Assembly (NCBI GenBank): GCA_031551645.1 | Contig: JAVBNI010000084.1 | Coordinates: forward strand, 917-64,916 | Source of the DNA: Bacteroidales bacterium | GTDB lineage: Bacteria > Bacteroidota > Bacteroidia > Bacteroidales > UBA4181 | DNA length: 64,000 nucleotides | Direction: 5' to 3' | Part shown: positions 19,887 to 29,465 of the stretch, in pieces | Numbering within the stretch: the stretch's first letter is position 1 | How the letters are laid out: the number at the start of each line of letters is the position of its first letter | Notes under the pieces: model-generated | The model's input: the letters and a program-made list of their open reading frames with translations, nothing else | Told to the model about the DNA's origin: nothing | Database searches by the model: none | Position numbers and translations under genes: made by a program

Positions 19887-20732
19887 TTATCGTAAGTTAG
19901 ATGAACGATCTTTATATCCTTTTGCTCTTGTAAAAAATTCAGAAATACGTCGAATATCTTTTAGAAAACGTTTCCAGATCATAGAAAAAAGTGAACCATC
20001 AGCATCTAATCGTCGAGAACTACTGCGTACTCTTGCTCTTTTCTTTAAAACCAATGTAGGTTTTCCATATTTCTTCAATCGTGCCAACATTACTCCATCT
20101 TCGCCTCTACGTATATCGGTTCTCCATTTCACCTGCCTTGCCTGTTCTGCATAAAACCCCATTGCTGCTCCTCCAACACATAATTCAGGTCGTTTTTTTG
20201 ACCGCAACCGAATGATTATATCCCGCCAGAAACAGTATGCCTCTAAAGATAATTGGCTCTTCTGTCCATTCGAATAGTAATAGTATGTACTAAAAACTAC
20301 CGAAACTCCGGGCCTTGATAAATAGCGTATCATAGTATCAATATAATATGGAGGATACAATGTATCTGCATCTGCAGAAAAATGATACTTTCCCTTAGCT
20401 ACATCCAATCCTGCTTGACGCGCATGTCCATGACCCGGGATTGGCTGCCACACACTTTTTACTCCTGTCTTATCCAATATCTCTTGTGTCCTATCTGTTG
20501 ATGCATTATTTACCACAATAATTTCGACAGATAAATCTGTTTGTATTTCGGATAAAGACCAAATACATGGTAGTATGTTGCTTTCTTCGTTATATGCAAT
20601 CACAACAATGGAAACATCAATCTGTCCATGTGCTAATCTGGATAGGTTATTTTTTATTTCAATAAACAAGTGGTTATTTTGGATGGTAAAATCACCAAAA
20701 GACGACAAATATTTTTGATACCATTTTTTCAT
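19887..20732 (-). CDS. Glycosyltransferase family 2
   Basis: VSIVVIAYNEESNILPCIWSL, IIVVNNASTDRT, and the DxD motif SADADT. Confidence 0.8.
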   Translation of the reverse strand: MKKWYQKYLSSFGDFTIQNNHLFIEIKNNLSRLAHGQIDVSIVVIAYNEESNILPCIWSLSEIQTDLSVEIIVVNNASTDRTQEILDKTGVKSVWQPIPGHGHARQAGLDVAKGKYHFSADADTLYPPYYIDTMIRYLSRPGVSVVFSTYYYYSNGQKSQLSLEAYCFWRDIIIRLRSKKRPELCVGGAAMGFYAEQARQVKWRTDIRRGEDGVMLARLKKYGKPTLVLKKRARVRSSSRRLDADGSLFSMIWKRFLKDIRRISEFFTRAKGYKDRSSNLR

Positions 20733-20903
20733 TTACGTACAATTTTCAACTTGTTAAAAATACAATAGGCTGGTGATAATTCAAGAATGTATAAGCTATA
20801 TTAATTTTTATGATTTTCCCAATGACTTTATTTTAAATACCTTTACATATCCGAATTTCATGTTAAACGATCAATGTTATCAAATTCCATGATTAAACGC
20901 TAT

Positions 20904-22037
20904 TTAAAGGAACATTTTGCGAACACTATTGGCCCACCATTTTTTAGGATCTCCAATATTCATAATATCCCTTATACCACCATAAAAAATCTGTATTCCA
21001 TTAAATGAAAAGTCTTTATTAACTTCTATAATTAAAGGTCCACTTTCAGAAATAGCAATATCCCACCCCAAATATGGAATATCACGAAATTTGATAGCTG
21101 CATCTAAAATAAATGATTTTACCTGTTCCCAAGATGCTATTTTATACCCTTCAAATCGGAATTGAGTATCAGGGTGGCATGTATATTCTTCAAAGTTAGG
21201 CGATATGGCAACTTTGCCCAATTCTCCGGTTTCTGGATCAACTTTTATAACCAGCCCTCCTTCACCAACATTATCAACCATTCTCCCTCCATATCCCATC
21301 CGCATAAATGAAAATAATAATTGAGCCTTTCCACTATTAAAATGAGTAACTATTCTTTGCGTATTAATTGCACGCGGATATATTACGTTAATTTCATTTG
21401 CTTGACGTACTCCTTCCTGTACAAAATAAGGCTCGTTCTTCAATTTTGTTTTGCAATATTCTTCATTAAAAACTTCATGCGATTGATTTACAAACCAAGA
21501 ATCCTTCTTTTCAAAAACATGAATTCCCGCACCACCAATTCCTCCTACGGGTTTGACAAAAATTCTGTTGGCATTTGAATTATTCAATATTTGAAGCATT
21601 TCTTGAACACAGATATTTCCATTGTCATTGCCATAAAAACCGTTCTGATCAAAACTAAAAAGAAACTCAGCTTGTCTCAAACCATAACTTTTCAATAATT
21701 GATAAAACAATAATTTATCGTCACATAAAACCCCATATTCTTGATAAATAGAAGGAAGTAACAAATGATGGGAGAAAAAGATAGGAACATATTTTTTCAT
21801 ATCTTCCAAATCCTGAGTACAATCTTGACGATACATATTATATCTAAAATATTGAAATGGATAACATCCCCAATATTTAGACAATTCTCGCATCTCTTTC
21901 CGTATTTGTCGGGATCCTTTTTTAGATGTACAATTAAAGAAACGCTCTTTATCTTTCCCTATTTTATTATTTTCCCATCCACGCTTAAAGTATGTCGCTT
22001 CTCTCTTAAGAAGCATATAGTTTACAAATTTATTCAT
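20904..22037 (-). CDS. ATP-grasp amidoligase, sugar-transfer-associated type (paralog AG1, subgroup A)
   Basis: 377 aa. Motifs: YWGCYPFQYFRYNMY, FVKPVGGIGGAGIHVF, QEGVRQ, INTQRIVT, MRMGYGGRMVDNVGEGGL, HPDT, LGWDIAISESGPLIIEVN (the terminal E-x-N is the ATP-grasp metal/ATP motif). Confidence 0.8.
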   Translation of the reverse strand: MNKFVNYMLLKREATYFKRGWENNKIGKDKERFFNCTSKKGSRQIRKEMRELSKYWGCYPFQYFRYNMYRQDCTQDLEDMKKYVPIFFSHHLLLPSIYQEYGVLCDDKLLFYQLLKSYGLRQAEFLFSFDQNGFYGNDNGNICVQEMLQILNNSNANRIFVKPVGGIGGAGIHVFEKKDSWFVNQSHEVFNEEYCKTKLKNEPYFVQEGVRQANEINVIYPRAINTQRIVTHFNSGKAQLLFSFMRMGYGGRMVDNVGEGGLVIKVDPETGELGKVAISPNFEEYTCHPDTQFRFEGYKIASWEQVKSFILDAAIKFRDIPYLGWDIAISESGPLIIEVNKDFSFNGIQIFYGGIRDIMNIGDPKKWWANSVRKMFL

Positions 22038-22047
22038 GACGAATGTT

Positions 22048-23172
22048 TTACAATAATCCTTTAGTATACCACCATTTTTTGGGATCCCCTATTCCCAGCA
22101 TATCTCTGGCTCCACCATAAAAGGTCTGTATTCCGTTGAATGAAAAATCCTTATTAACCTCGATAATTAATGGGCCACTTTTGGATAAAGCAATGTCCCA
22201 ACCTAAATATGAAATATTTCTAAATTTAACTGCGGCATTCAGTACCAAATCATTAACTTCTTTCCAAAAAGGAATTTGGTATTTGGAAAACAGAAATTGT
22301 GTATCAGGATGTTGTGTAAATTCGTCAAAATTAGGAGATAGCGCTTTTTCCCCTAACTTACCTGTTTCAAGGTCTATTTTTATAATCAGCCCACCTTCTC
22401 CCACATTATCAACCGCTTTTCCCCCATATCCTATTCGCATGAAAGAAAGTAACAACCTAGCTTTGCCCTGATTGTAATGTGTAACAATTCTCAATGTATT
22501 AATAGAATTGGGGTATATTACATTTATTTCGTTCGCTTGTTCGACTCCCTCTTGAATGATATAAGGCGCTTTACCTAGTTTATTAACCAAAAACTCAGCA
22601 TTCAAAAACTCATCGGATTTATTTATATATTGCCCAGTGGAATTCTTGTCAAAAACAAAAATTCCACTACCTCCCATTCCGCCAGTAGGTTTAATAAATA
22701 TCCTGTTTACCATACAGTCTGCTATAATTGCATCTACTTTTTGACTTGACATGATGCAATTATCCATTCCATAAAAGCGACGATCACTACAGCTAAATAA
22801 AAATGTGGCTTGAGGTAAATTGTAGCCTTTTAGCAAATGGTAGCATAAGAGTTTATTGTCGCAAATAATACTATATTCCTTGTATATACTTGGCAAATAT
22901 AAATTATGGGAAAAAAATACGGGAACATATTTTTTCATCTCATCTATACTCAAGATGCAATCTTTACGATACATGTTAAATCGGAAATATTGAAATGGAT
23001 AACACCCCCAATATTGATATAATATGCTTATTTCTTTTTTTATTTGTCGGGAAGCCTTTCTTGAGTTACAGTTTTGGAATCGGACAAAATCTTGTGAATG
23101 CTTACTTTTCCAATCTTTTGCAAAATATTTAGCTCGTCTTTTCTGGATAAAGTATATCAAGTGCTTGTTCAT
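22048..23172 (-). CDS. ATP-grasp amidoligase (paralog AG2, subgroup A)
   Basis: 374 aa. By eye it is closest to AG1 and collinear over the full length (YWGCYPFQYFRFNMY, FIKPTGGMGGSGIFVF, MRIGYGGKAVDNVGEGGL, GWDIALSKSGPLIIEVN). Confidence 0.8.
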   Translation of the reverse strand: MNKHLIYFIQKRRAKYFAKDWKSKHSQDFVRFQNCNSRKASRQIKKEISILYQYWGCYPFQYFRFNMYRKDCILSIDEMKKYVPVFFSHNLYLPSIYKEYSIICDNKLLCYHLLKGYNLPQATFLFSCSDRRFYGMDNCIMSSQKVDAIIADCMVNRIFIKPTGGMGGSGIFVFDKNSTGQYINKSDEFLNAEFLVNKLGKAPYIIQEGVEQANEINVIYPNSINTLRIVTHYNQGKARLLLSFMRIGYGGKAVDNVGEGGLIIKIDLETGKLGEKALSPNFDEFTQHPDTQFLFSKYQIPFWKEVNDLVLNAAVKFRNISYLGWDIALSKSGPLIIEVNKDFSFNGIQTFYGGARDMLGIGDPKKWWYTKGLL

Positions 23173-23262
23173 TGATTGGCTTTATTAGTTTATTTATCAA
23201 TAAAATATTAGACAATATTATTTATATAATATATACGAATAATTCAATAAATAGTTTCAATC

Positions 23263-24417
23263 TTATAGTATTTCTTTAAACCCAATTTTCCGTCCCGATT
23301 TAAACCATTTCTGAGGATCAATTCCCAACCCTTGACGAAGTCCGCCAAGATCAGCTTCAGCCAGATACATATCCGGACTTGTGTTTAACTCTACAAGCAC
23401 TGGCCCTTCATCTGTCAAAGCGACATCCCAACCAACATAAGCTATTTCCCTCATTTTTAACGCATTTATTAAACAGAATTGTTTCAATTCTTCCCAACCG
23501 TTTATTTTTTTATCTTTAAATATAAAACCAGTATCCGGATGTTGTGTATATGTATTGTTTTTTACGGTATGTTCGTGTGCATATTCGTATAGCCGGCCAG
23601 ATTCAACATCAATGCTGAGAAAAAGCCCGCCCGAACCGGCATTGTCAACTTGAGCACCACCCTGCCCCATACGCAATACCGTATACAAAACCGATGGTTT
23701 CTGATCAACACACTTGGTGATCACACGTACTGTATTTATGGAATTAGGATATATTTCGGACATCTCTTTCGTTTGCACAATGCCTTCCTGCAGTATATAA
23801 TCTTCCTTTTTAAGATTTGTTCTCAAGTAATCAACACTTAATTTTTGACCATCATGAGTATAATAACCGTCTATTCCTTGTTTAAAAACAATAATCCCCA
23901 ATCCCCAAGAACCTTTATTGGGTTTTAAAAACAATTTATTGGATTTAATCTGTAATAATAATTTATCAAATTCATGATTGGAAATAAGGCTTCTTCGATG
24001 ATCATATATGTACCCACCATCATATTGTATGAAAATTTTCGGTTGTGCTTCCTGAAAACTATTAAACAACATGTATGAAAGAAACTTATTTTTGGCAATA
24101 TCAAAATATCCTTTACAACTATGCGGCCAAAAGATATACGCCATAAAATAATATGGGAGATAGTCGAGCATCTCCTGCATGGTCATTTTACAATCTTTAT
24201 GATACATGTCGAATTTAAAGTATTGGTACGGATAACAATTCCAATATTTTTCCAACGCTTTTATCTCTTTTGCGATTTGCCTGGCAGATTTTCTATTGGC
24301 ACACATGTCAAATCGTTCCATATCGACCCGAAACATCGATCTTATTTGCTTGTCTTGACGTCGAGCACTTACTTTACGCCACAGACGATAGACGTAATTA
24401 TTTATTGCTATTCTCAT
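23263..24417 (-). CDS. ATP-grasp amidoligase (paralog AG3, subgroup B)
   Basis: 384 aa. Motifs: YWNCYPYQYFKFDMY, FLKPNKGSWGLGIIVF, LRMGQGGAQVDNAGSGGL, HPDTG, GWDVALTDEGPVLVELN. Confidence 0.8.
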   Translation of the reverse strand: MRIAINNYVYRLWRKVSARRQDKQIRSMFRVDMERFDMCANRKSARQIAKEIKALEKYWNCYPYQYFKFDMYHKDCKMTMQEMLDYLPYYFMAYIFWPHSCKGYFDIAKNKFLSYMLFNSFQEAQPKIFIQYDGGYIYDHRRSLISNHEFDKLLLQIKSNKLFLKPNKGSWGLGIIVFKQGIDGYYTHDGQKLSVDYLRTNLKKEDYILQEGIVQTKEMSEIYPNSINTVRVITKCVDQKPSVLYTVLRMGQGGAQVDNAGSGGLFLSIDVESGRLYEYAHEHTVKNNTYTQHPDTGFIFKDKKINGWEELKQFCLINALKMREIAYVGWDVALTDEGPVLVELNTSPDMYLAEADLGGLRQGLGIDPQKWFKSGRKIGFKEIL

Positions 24418-24423
24418 ACCTTA

Positions 24424-25572
24424 TTAATATTTTCTTTTCCAAACTAAATACCAATCCTTTTTGTTAAACCATTTGTCTGGGTTAATATTAAAATCTTCTC
24501 TTAAGCCTCCCAACGGAGCTTGAACAATATCCATTTCCGGGCTGGCATTTAGCTCAACGATCAATGGACCGGATTCTGTCAATGCAATATCCCATCCGAT
24601 ATATTCAAGTTCTCTCATTTTAAGTATATTCCTTTCCATAAATTCACGGAACTCTTCCCATCCATCTAATGGATAATCATTAAATACTAAGCCAGTATCC
24701 GGGTGAGTCGTATAGTATTTTTGTTTTAACCCATAGTCAAAAGCTTTTTCTCCTAAACGTCCGGTTTTTTTATCGACATTAATAAATAATCCTCCTGCGG
24801 CAGCATTATCTACTTGAGTTCCCCCCCGCCCCATTCGTAAAACAGTATACATAATAATGGGGTTTTGGTTAATGCATTTAGTGATTACCCGTATAGTATT
24901 TACAGCATGCGGATATATATCTGACATACATCTGCGCTGAATTATACCTTCCTGAAGAATAAAATCACCGGGACGTGCAATTTGACGGATATATTCAGCA
25001 CTTAATTTTTGATTATGCTGATCTAAATAATTTTCATTTTCATCGCGATTAAATATGGTAATACCGGCTCCCCATGATCCCTTATTGGGTTTTAGGAATA
25101 GTTTGGCTGAATTAGTTTGTTGTAGCAGGCTCTCCACATCTTCATCTGTTATAATATTATTGTGTGTATCATACAAATTTCCATCATCACAAAGAAGCAA
25201 TATTTTTGCTTGATTTTCATGAAATTCAGAAAATAATGTGTAGCAAAAAAATTTATTTTTTATTAAATCAGAATATTGTTTATAACTATATGGCCAATAA
25301 AGATTCCCCATAAAATAATATGGCAAATAATTTTTCATATCATGCAGGTCTATTGCACAGTTTTTATGATACATGTCAAATCGAAAATACTGAAATGGAT
25401 AACAATTCCAATATTTTTTTAATACCTTTATTTCCTTTTTAATTTGGCCAGATGGTTTCTTCGAAACACATGCATTATACCTGTCAATATCTGTTTGATA
25501 CAAAGCCTGTATGTAACGACTTTGTCGCTGAAACATAATCTTTCGTATATAATTCACGATCTTCTTTCTCAT
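24424..25572 (-). CDS. ATP-grasp amidoligase (paralog AG4, subgroup B)
   Basis: 382 aa. Motifs: YWNCYPFQYFRFDMY, FLKPNKGSWGAGITIF, LRMGRGGTQVDNAAAGGL, GWDIALTESGPLIVELN. By eye it is closest to AG5. Confidence 0.8.
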   Translation of the reverse strand: MRKKIVNYIRKIMFQRQSRYIQALYQTDIDRYNACVSKKPSGQIKKEIKVLKKYWNCYPFQYFRFDMYHKNCAIDLHDMKNYLPYYFMGNLYWPYSYKQYSDLIKNKFFCYTLFSEFHENQAKILLLCDDGNLYDTHNNIITDEDVESLLQQTNSAKLFLKPNKGSWGAGITIFNRDENENYLDQHNQKLSAEYIRQIARPGDFILQEGIIQRRCMSDIYPHAVNTIRVITKCINQNPIIMYTVLRMGRGGTQVDNAAAGGLFINVDKKTGRLGEKAFDYGLKQKYYTTHPDTGLVFNDYPLDGWEEFREFMERNILKMRELEYIGWDIALTESGPLIVELNASPEMDIVQAPLGGLREDFNINPDKWFNKKDWYLVWKRKY

Positions 25573-25620
25573 TTTTGCGTATATTTTATATTATAAAAAC
25601 CTCAACCATAAAATTATTAA

Positions 25621-26769
25621 CTAATAATTTCTCACCCAATTTAAATGCCAATCATTTTTACTAAACCATTCACTTGGCTCAACATTAAAATTTTTGCGAA
25701 CACCACCTTTAGGGGCCTGTAAAAGTTCAGTGTCTGGCCGAGCATTTAATTCTACCAGTAATGGTCCCGAATCGGTTAACGCAATATCCCAACCGACATA
25801 GTTAAGTTCTCTCATTTTCAGAGCATTTCTTAAAACAAATTCTTTCAAGATATTCCAGCCATCAATTTGATAACCTTTAAATAGTATTCCAGTATCTGGA
25901 TGATGAGTATAGATATTTTGTTTCAGACCATGTTCAAAAGCATGTTCACCCAATCGACCAGTTTCTTTGTCCACATCTATAAAAATACCACCAGACGAAG
26001 CATTATCAATTTGTGCTCCACCTTTTCCCATATGTAACATTGTGAACAAAATTTCAGGTTTTTGATTGAAACAACTGGTCATAACACGTATCGTATTTAC
26101 TGCTTCCGGGTAAATGTCTGACATACTCTTACTCTGTATGATACCCTCTTGCAGAAAATAATCATCTTTAATCAGATGCTTGCGAATATATTCAGCATTT
26201 AATTGTTCATTATTATGATCCCTATAATCACCTGCATTATCACGTTTAAATACAATAATACCAATACCCCATGAACCTTTGTTGGGCTTAAAAAATAATT
26301 TTGGAGCAAATGTCTGTTTTAACAAAATTTCTACATTAGTGTCAGAGATAGGGTTATTATATATATCATATATGTAACTATCAACACATAAAAACAAAAT
26401 TTTGGCTTGATTTTCATTAAAGCCCTTAAATAAGGTATAACAAAAAAATTTATTTTGGATTAAATCATGGTATTGTTTATAACTATACACCCAAAAAAGA
26501 TGACCAAAAAAATAATATGATGTATAATCTTTCATTTCTTCTATGGATAAGGTACAATCGTTCCTATACATATCAAATCGGAAATATTGGAATGGATAAC
26601 TATTCCAATACTTTTGCAATATTTTGATTTCCTTTCTTATTTGGCGAGGTGATTTTTTTGAAGTACACATTTTATATCTATCCATGTCAACCTGAAAAAC
26701 AGGTAATACATAGGTGCTTTGTTCTAGAAATCGCTTTTTCCACCAATAATTCATTATTTTTTTCTTCAT
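25621..26769 (-). CDS. ATP-grasp amidoligase (paralog AG5, subgroup B)
   Basis: 382 aa. Motifs: YWNSYPFQYFRFDMY, FFKPNKGSWGIGIIVF, LHMGKGGAQIDNASSGGI, GWDIALTDSGPLLVELN. Confidence 0.8.
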   Translation of the reverse strand: MKKKIMNYWWKKRFLEQSTYVLPVFQVDMDRYKMCTSKKSPRQIRKEIKILQKYWNSYPFQYFRFDMYRNDCTLSIEEMKDYTSYYFFGHLFWVYSYKQYHDLIQNKFFCYTLFKGFNENQAKILFLCVDSYIYDIYNNPISDTNVEILLKQTFAPKLFFKPNKGSWGIGIIVFKRDNAGDYRDHNNEQLNAEYIRKHLIKDDYFLQEGIIQSKSMSDIYPEAVNTIRVMTSCFNQKPEILFTMLHMGKGGAQIDNASSGGIFIDVDKETGRLGEHAFEHGLKQNIYTHHPDTGILFKGYQIDGWNILKEFVLRNALKMRELNYVGWDIALTDSGPLLVELNARPDTELLQAPKGGVRKNFNVEPSEWFSKNDWHLNWVRNY

Positions 26770-26802
26770 GTCAGTTTAAATTTTAGTTTGATTTCTATTA
26801 TG

Positions 26803-27948
26803 TTATTTTTCAGCTAAAACAAATTCATCAGATTTCCAATATAAGGCAGGATTCCCTATAGCTAATACATCCCGTATTCCGCCATAACAATCTTGTATTG
26901 CTTCAACACTTGGACCTTCATTGATTTCTATTACAACCGGACCATTTACCGAATAAGCTATGTCCCAACCAAGAATTCGAATGGCCCGGAATTTTTCAGC
27001 ACATTTTGTTACAAATGTGATTATTTCGGACCAACATTGTAATTGATAACCCTTGAATTTGAATCGGGTATCAGGATGCTCATATACGTGTTCACGTTGC
27101 ACACCATAGGCAAAATCATTCAATATTCCAGTTTTTGCATCCACTTTTATGGTAACACCCCCTGAACTATAATTATCCACGTGTTTCCCTCCTTGTCCTA
27201 TACGCAACATTGACAACAAAATACGAATATTCCCCGGCTCATATTCCGTAAATATCCGGAATGTATTGACACTGCCAGCATATATCTGATTCATTTCTTC
27301 GCCTTGTTCAACGCCAGCTTGTACAACATATTTTTGATCATTGCAGTGTTGATAGAAAAAATCTGGATGAAAATAATTACCGTCATCATCTTTGTAACTT
27401 CCGTCTTGTTGCCGGTTGAATACAATAATTCCTTTACCTCCAACTCCAAAACATGGTTTGACAAATACCTTCACTCCTGCTATAGTGCGAATAACCTCTT
27501 CGAAATATTTTTCATCTGTTTTACCATTGTTCTTGTCAAAAAACATCTTTCGCTCATACATGAAAAGAAAAAGCGGCTGACCTAAACGATAATTATCCAG
27601 CAAAGCTGCCGTCAAAGCCTTATCATTACACAATATCCCATATTTTTTATATATACGAGGATAGAATAAATAAAAAGCAAAATAAAGAGGTATGTATTTT
27701 TTCATTTCTTCCATCGACAGAGGGGAGTCTTTGCGATACATATCATACCGATAGTACTGGTATGGGAAACATCCCCAATATTTTTTCAGATGGCACATTT
27801 CTTTCTTGATTTGTCCGCTTGTTTTCTTATCCGGACATTGCATATATCGTTCTAATGCCTCCTTAAAATAAATAGAATAATGCCCCCTAAGTCTTCTCTC
27901 GGAAGCTTTCTTCCAGAAGAAATAAAATTGTTTTTGAATAAATCCCAT
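26803..27948 (-). CDS. ATP-grasp amidoligase (paralog AG6, divergent subgroup C)
   Basis: 381 aa. Motifs: YWGCFPYQYYRYDMY, FVKPCFGVGGKGIIVF, LRIGQGGKHVDNYSSGGV, HPDT, LGWDIAYSVNGPVVIEIN. Confidence 0.78.
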   Translation of the reverse strand: MGFIQKQFYFFWKKASERRLRGHYSIYFKEALERYMQCPDKKTSGQIKKEMCHLKKYWGCFPYQYYRYDMYRKDSPLSMEEMKKYIPLYFAFYLFYPRIYKKYGILCNDKALTAALLDNYRLGQPLFLFMYERKMFFDKNNGKTDEKYFEEVIRTIAGVKVFVKPCFGVGGKGIIVFNRQQDGSYKDDDGNYFHPDFFYQHCNDQKYVVQAGVEQGEEMNQIYAGSVNTFRIFTEYEPGNIRILLSMLRIGQGGKHVDNYSSGGVTIKVDAKTGILNDFAYGVQREHVYEHPDTRFKFKGYQLQCWSEIITFVTKCAEKFRAIRILGWDIAYSVNGPVVIEINEGPSVEAIQDCYGGIRDVLAIGNPALYWKSDEFVLAEK

Positions 27949-27969
27949 GATATTTTTATAGTTGAGCTT

Positions 27970-29463
27970 TTACCTGATTTTTAATATTTTTTTAATACGT
28001 AAGCCTATTTGGTATTTTTCTATTTCTTCCTGCAAAAAAATCCCTCCCGGAAGGTTCAATAGTTTTACTCCACCCCAATACAATAATGTAAAAATGATTG
28101 AGAATACAAAGAAGTGTGCATAATGATTCATCGTTATGAAATGTTGCAGTATTATTAATACAACCACACACACTATACATATAACCATATATGGAAATAT
28201 CTTTTGCCAAAAAAACCATATACTGACATGAATTTCTTTTGAGGCATAAAATATATTGAAAAACAAAATAAATGCTGAAATAATCGCATAACCATATAAA
28301 TAACCATAAAAACCAAATTGAAATCCTACCAGCAAGTTAGCTACAGAAAATACTTTTTTGATGATTTCCAACCTTAAATAATCTTTGGAGTTCCCTTGCG
28401 AACTTAAAATATTCATTAAAAGACCACTGAGGGGACCTACATAACAACAAAGAATCAATATTTTAAAAATAGGTACAGAGGGTAACCATTTTTCAGTAAA
28501 CAAAGTGATTACAATATCTTCTCCTGTAATATACATTAGGCCTGTGAGAAAGAAGACCACCATACATAGAAAATGGTATGTCTTGAAAACAACACGTTTC
28601 ATTCTTTCCTTATCGTGTTGTATCTGACTAAAAGCAGGAAATAAGACATTAGCCAAACTTCCGGAAGAATATTGTACGACTATATTGGTTAGTGATTTTG
28701 CCCTAAAAAAATATCCTAAAATGGCTGGAGAAAATAATTTACCTATAACTACAGAATCTAAATTAATAAACAAAGAATCAAGAAATTTGGAAATAAACAT
28801 CCGGAATCCGAACGACCATAATTGTTTTAATGATTGCCAATCAAATTGTAATTTAGGACTCCAACGTAACTGTAAGTACAGTAAAATATTAGAAAATAAA
28901 GGTTGTGTCAAACCTTGTATAACTAAGCTCCATACTCCAAATCCACACAATGCCAATGATATTCCAATTGTTCCACTTCCAATAGCCGATAGTAAACTGG
29001 ATTGAGTAATAGCTCTATAATTTAATGTTTTACGCAATTTCACCCGTTGCACATTACCAAAAGAACTGATGATGAATATCAATGACATTGCTTTGGTTAT
29101 ATTAACAAGCATAGGCTGTCTATAGAAATCTGCAATCAACCCAGACACACAAAATAAAATAGTTGCCAAGCATAACCCAATTACAATATTAAAGAAAAAA
29201 ACCGAAGAATAGTGTTTTTCCGTTACATCTTGCCGTTGAATTAATGACAGACCTAATCCGGAGTCAACAAGTGTTCTGGATACAGTAATAATAATGGTTA
29301 TCATTGCCAGTAATCCAAAATCTTCTGGTAATAAGATACGAGCTAAAATGATCGAAGTAACAAAATGAACAAATTGCCCGGCACCCTTGCCAATAAAATC
29401 CCAAATAAAAGCCTTAACAGTCTTCTGTTTCAGACCATCCGATTTTTTTTGTGATTCTGCCAT
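27970..29463 (-). CDS. wzx: Wzx-type polysaccharide flippase (MOP superfamily)
   Basis: 497 aa with ~12-14 hydrophobic helices. The N-terminal region KTVKAFIWDFIGKGAGQFVHFVTSIILARILLPEDFG is typical of polysaccharide biosynthesis/export (Wzx) proteins. Confidence 0.78.
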   Translation of the reverse strand: MAESQKKSDGLKQKTVKAFIWDFIGKGAGQFVHFVTSIILARILLPEDFGLLAMITIIITVSRTLVDSGLGLSLIQRQDVTEKHYSSVFFFNIVIGLCLATILFCVSGLIADFYRQPMLVNITKAMSLIFIISSFGNVQRVKLRKTLNYRAITQSSLLSAIGSGTIGISLALCGFGVWSLVIQGLTQPLFSNILLYLQLRWSPKLQFDWQSLKQLWSFGFRMFISKFLDSLFINLDSVVIGKLFSPAILGYFFRAKSLTNIVVQYSSGSLANVLFPAFSQIQHDKERMKRVVFKTYHFLCMVVFFLTGLMYITGEDIVITLFTEKWLPSVPIFKILILCCYVGPLSGLLMNILSSQGNSKDYLRLEIIKKVFSVANLLVGFQFGFYGYLYGYAIISAFILFFNIFYASKEIHVSIWFFWQKIFPYMVICIVCVVVLIILQHFITMNHYAHFFVFSIIFTLLYWGGVKLLNLPGGIFLQEEIEKYQIGLRIKKILKIR

Positions 29464-29465
29464 TG

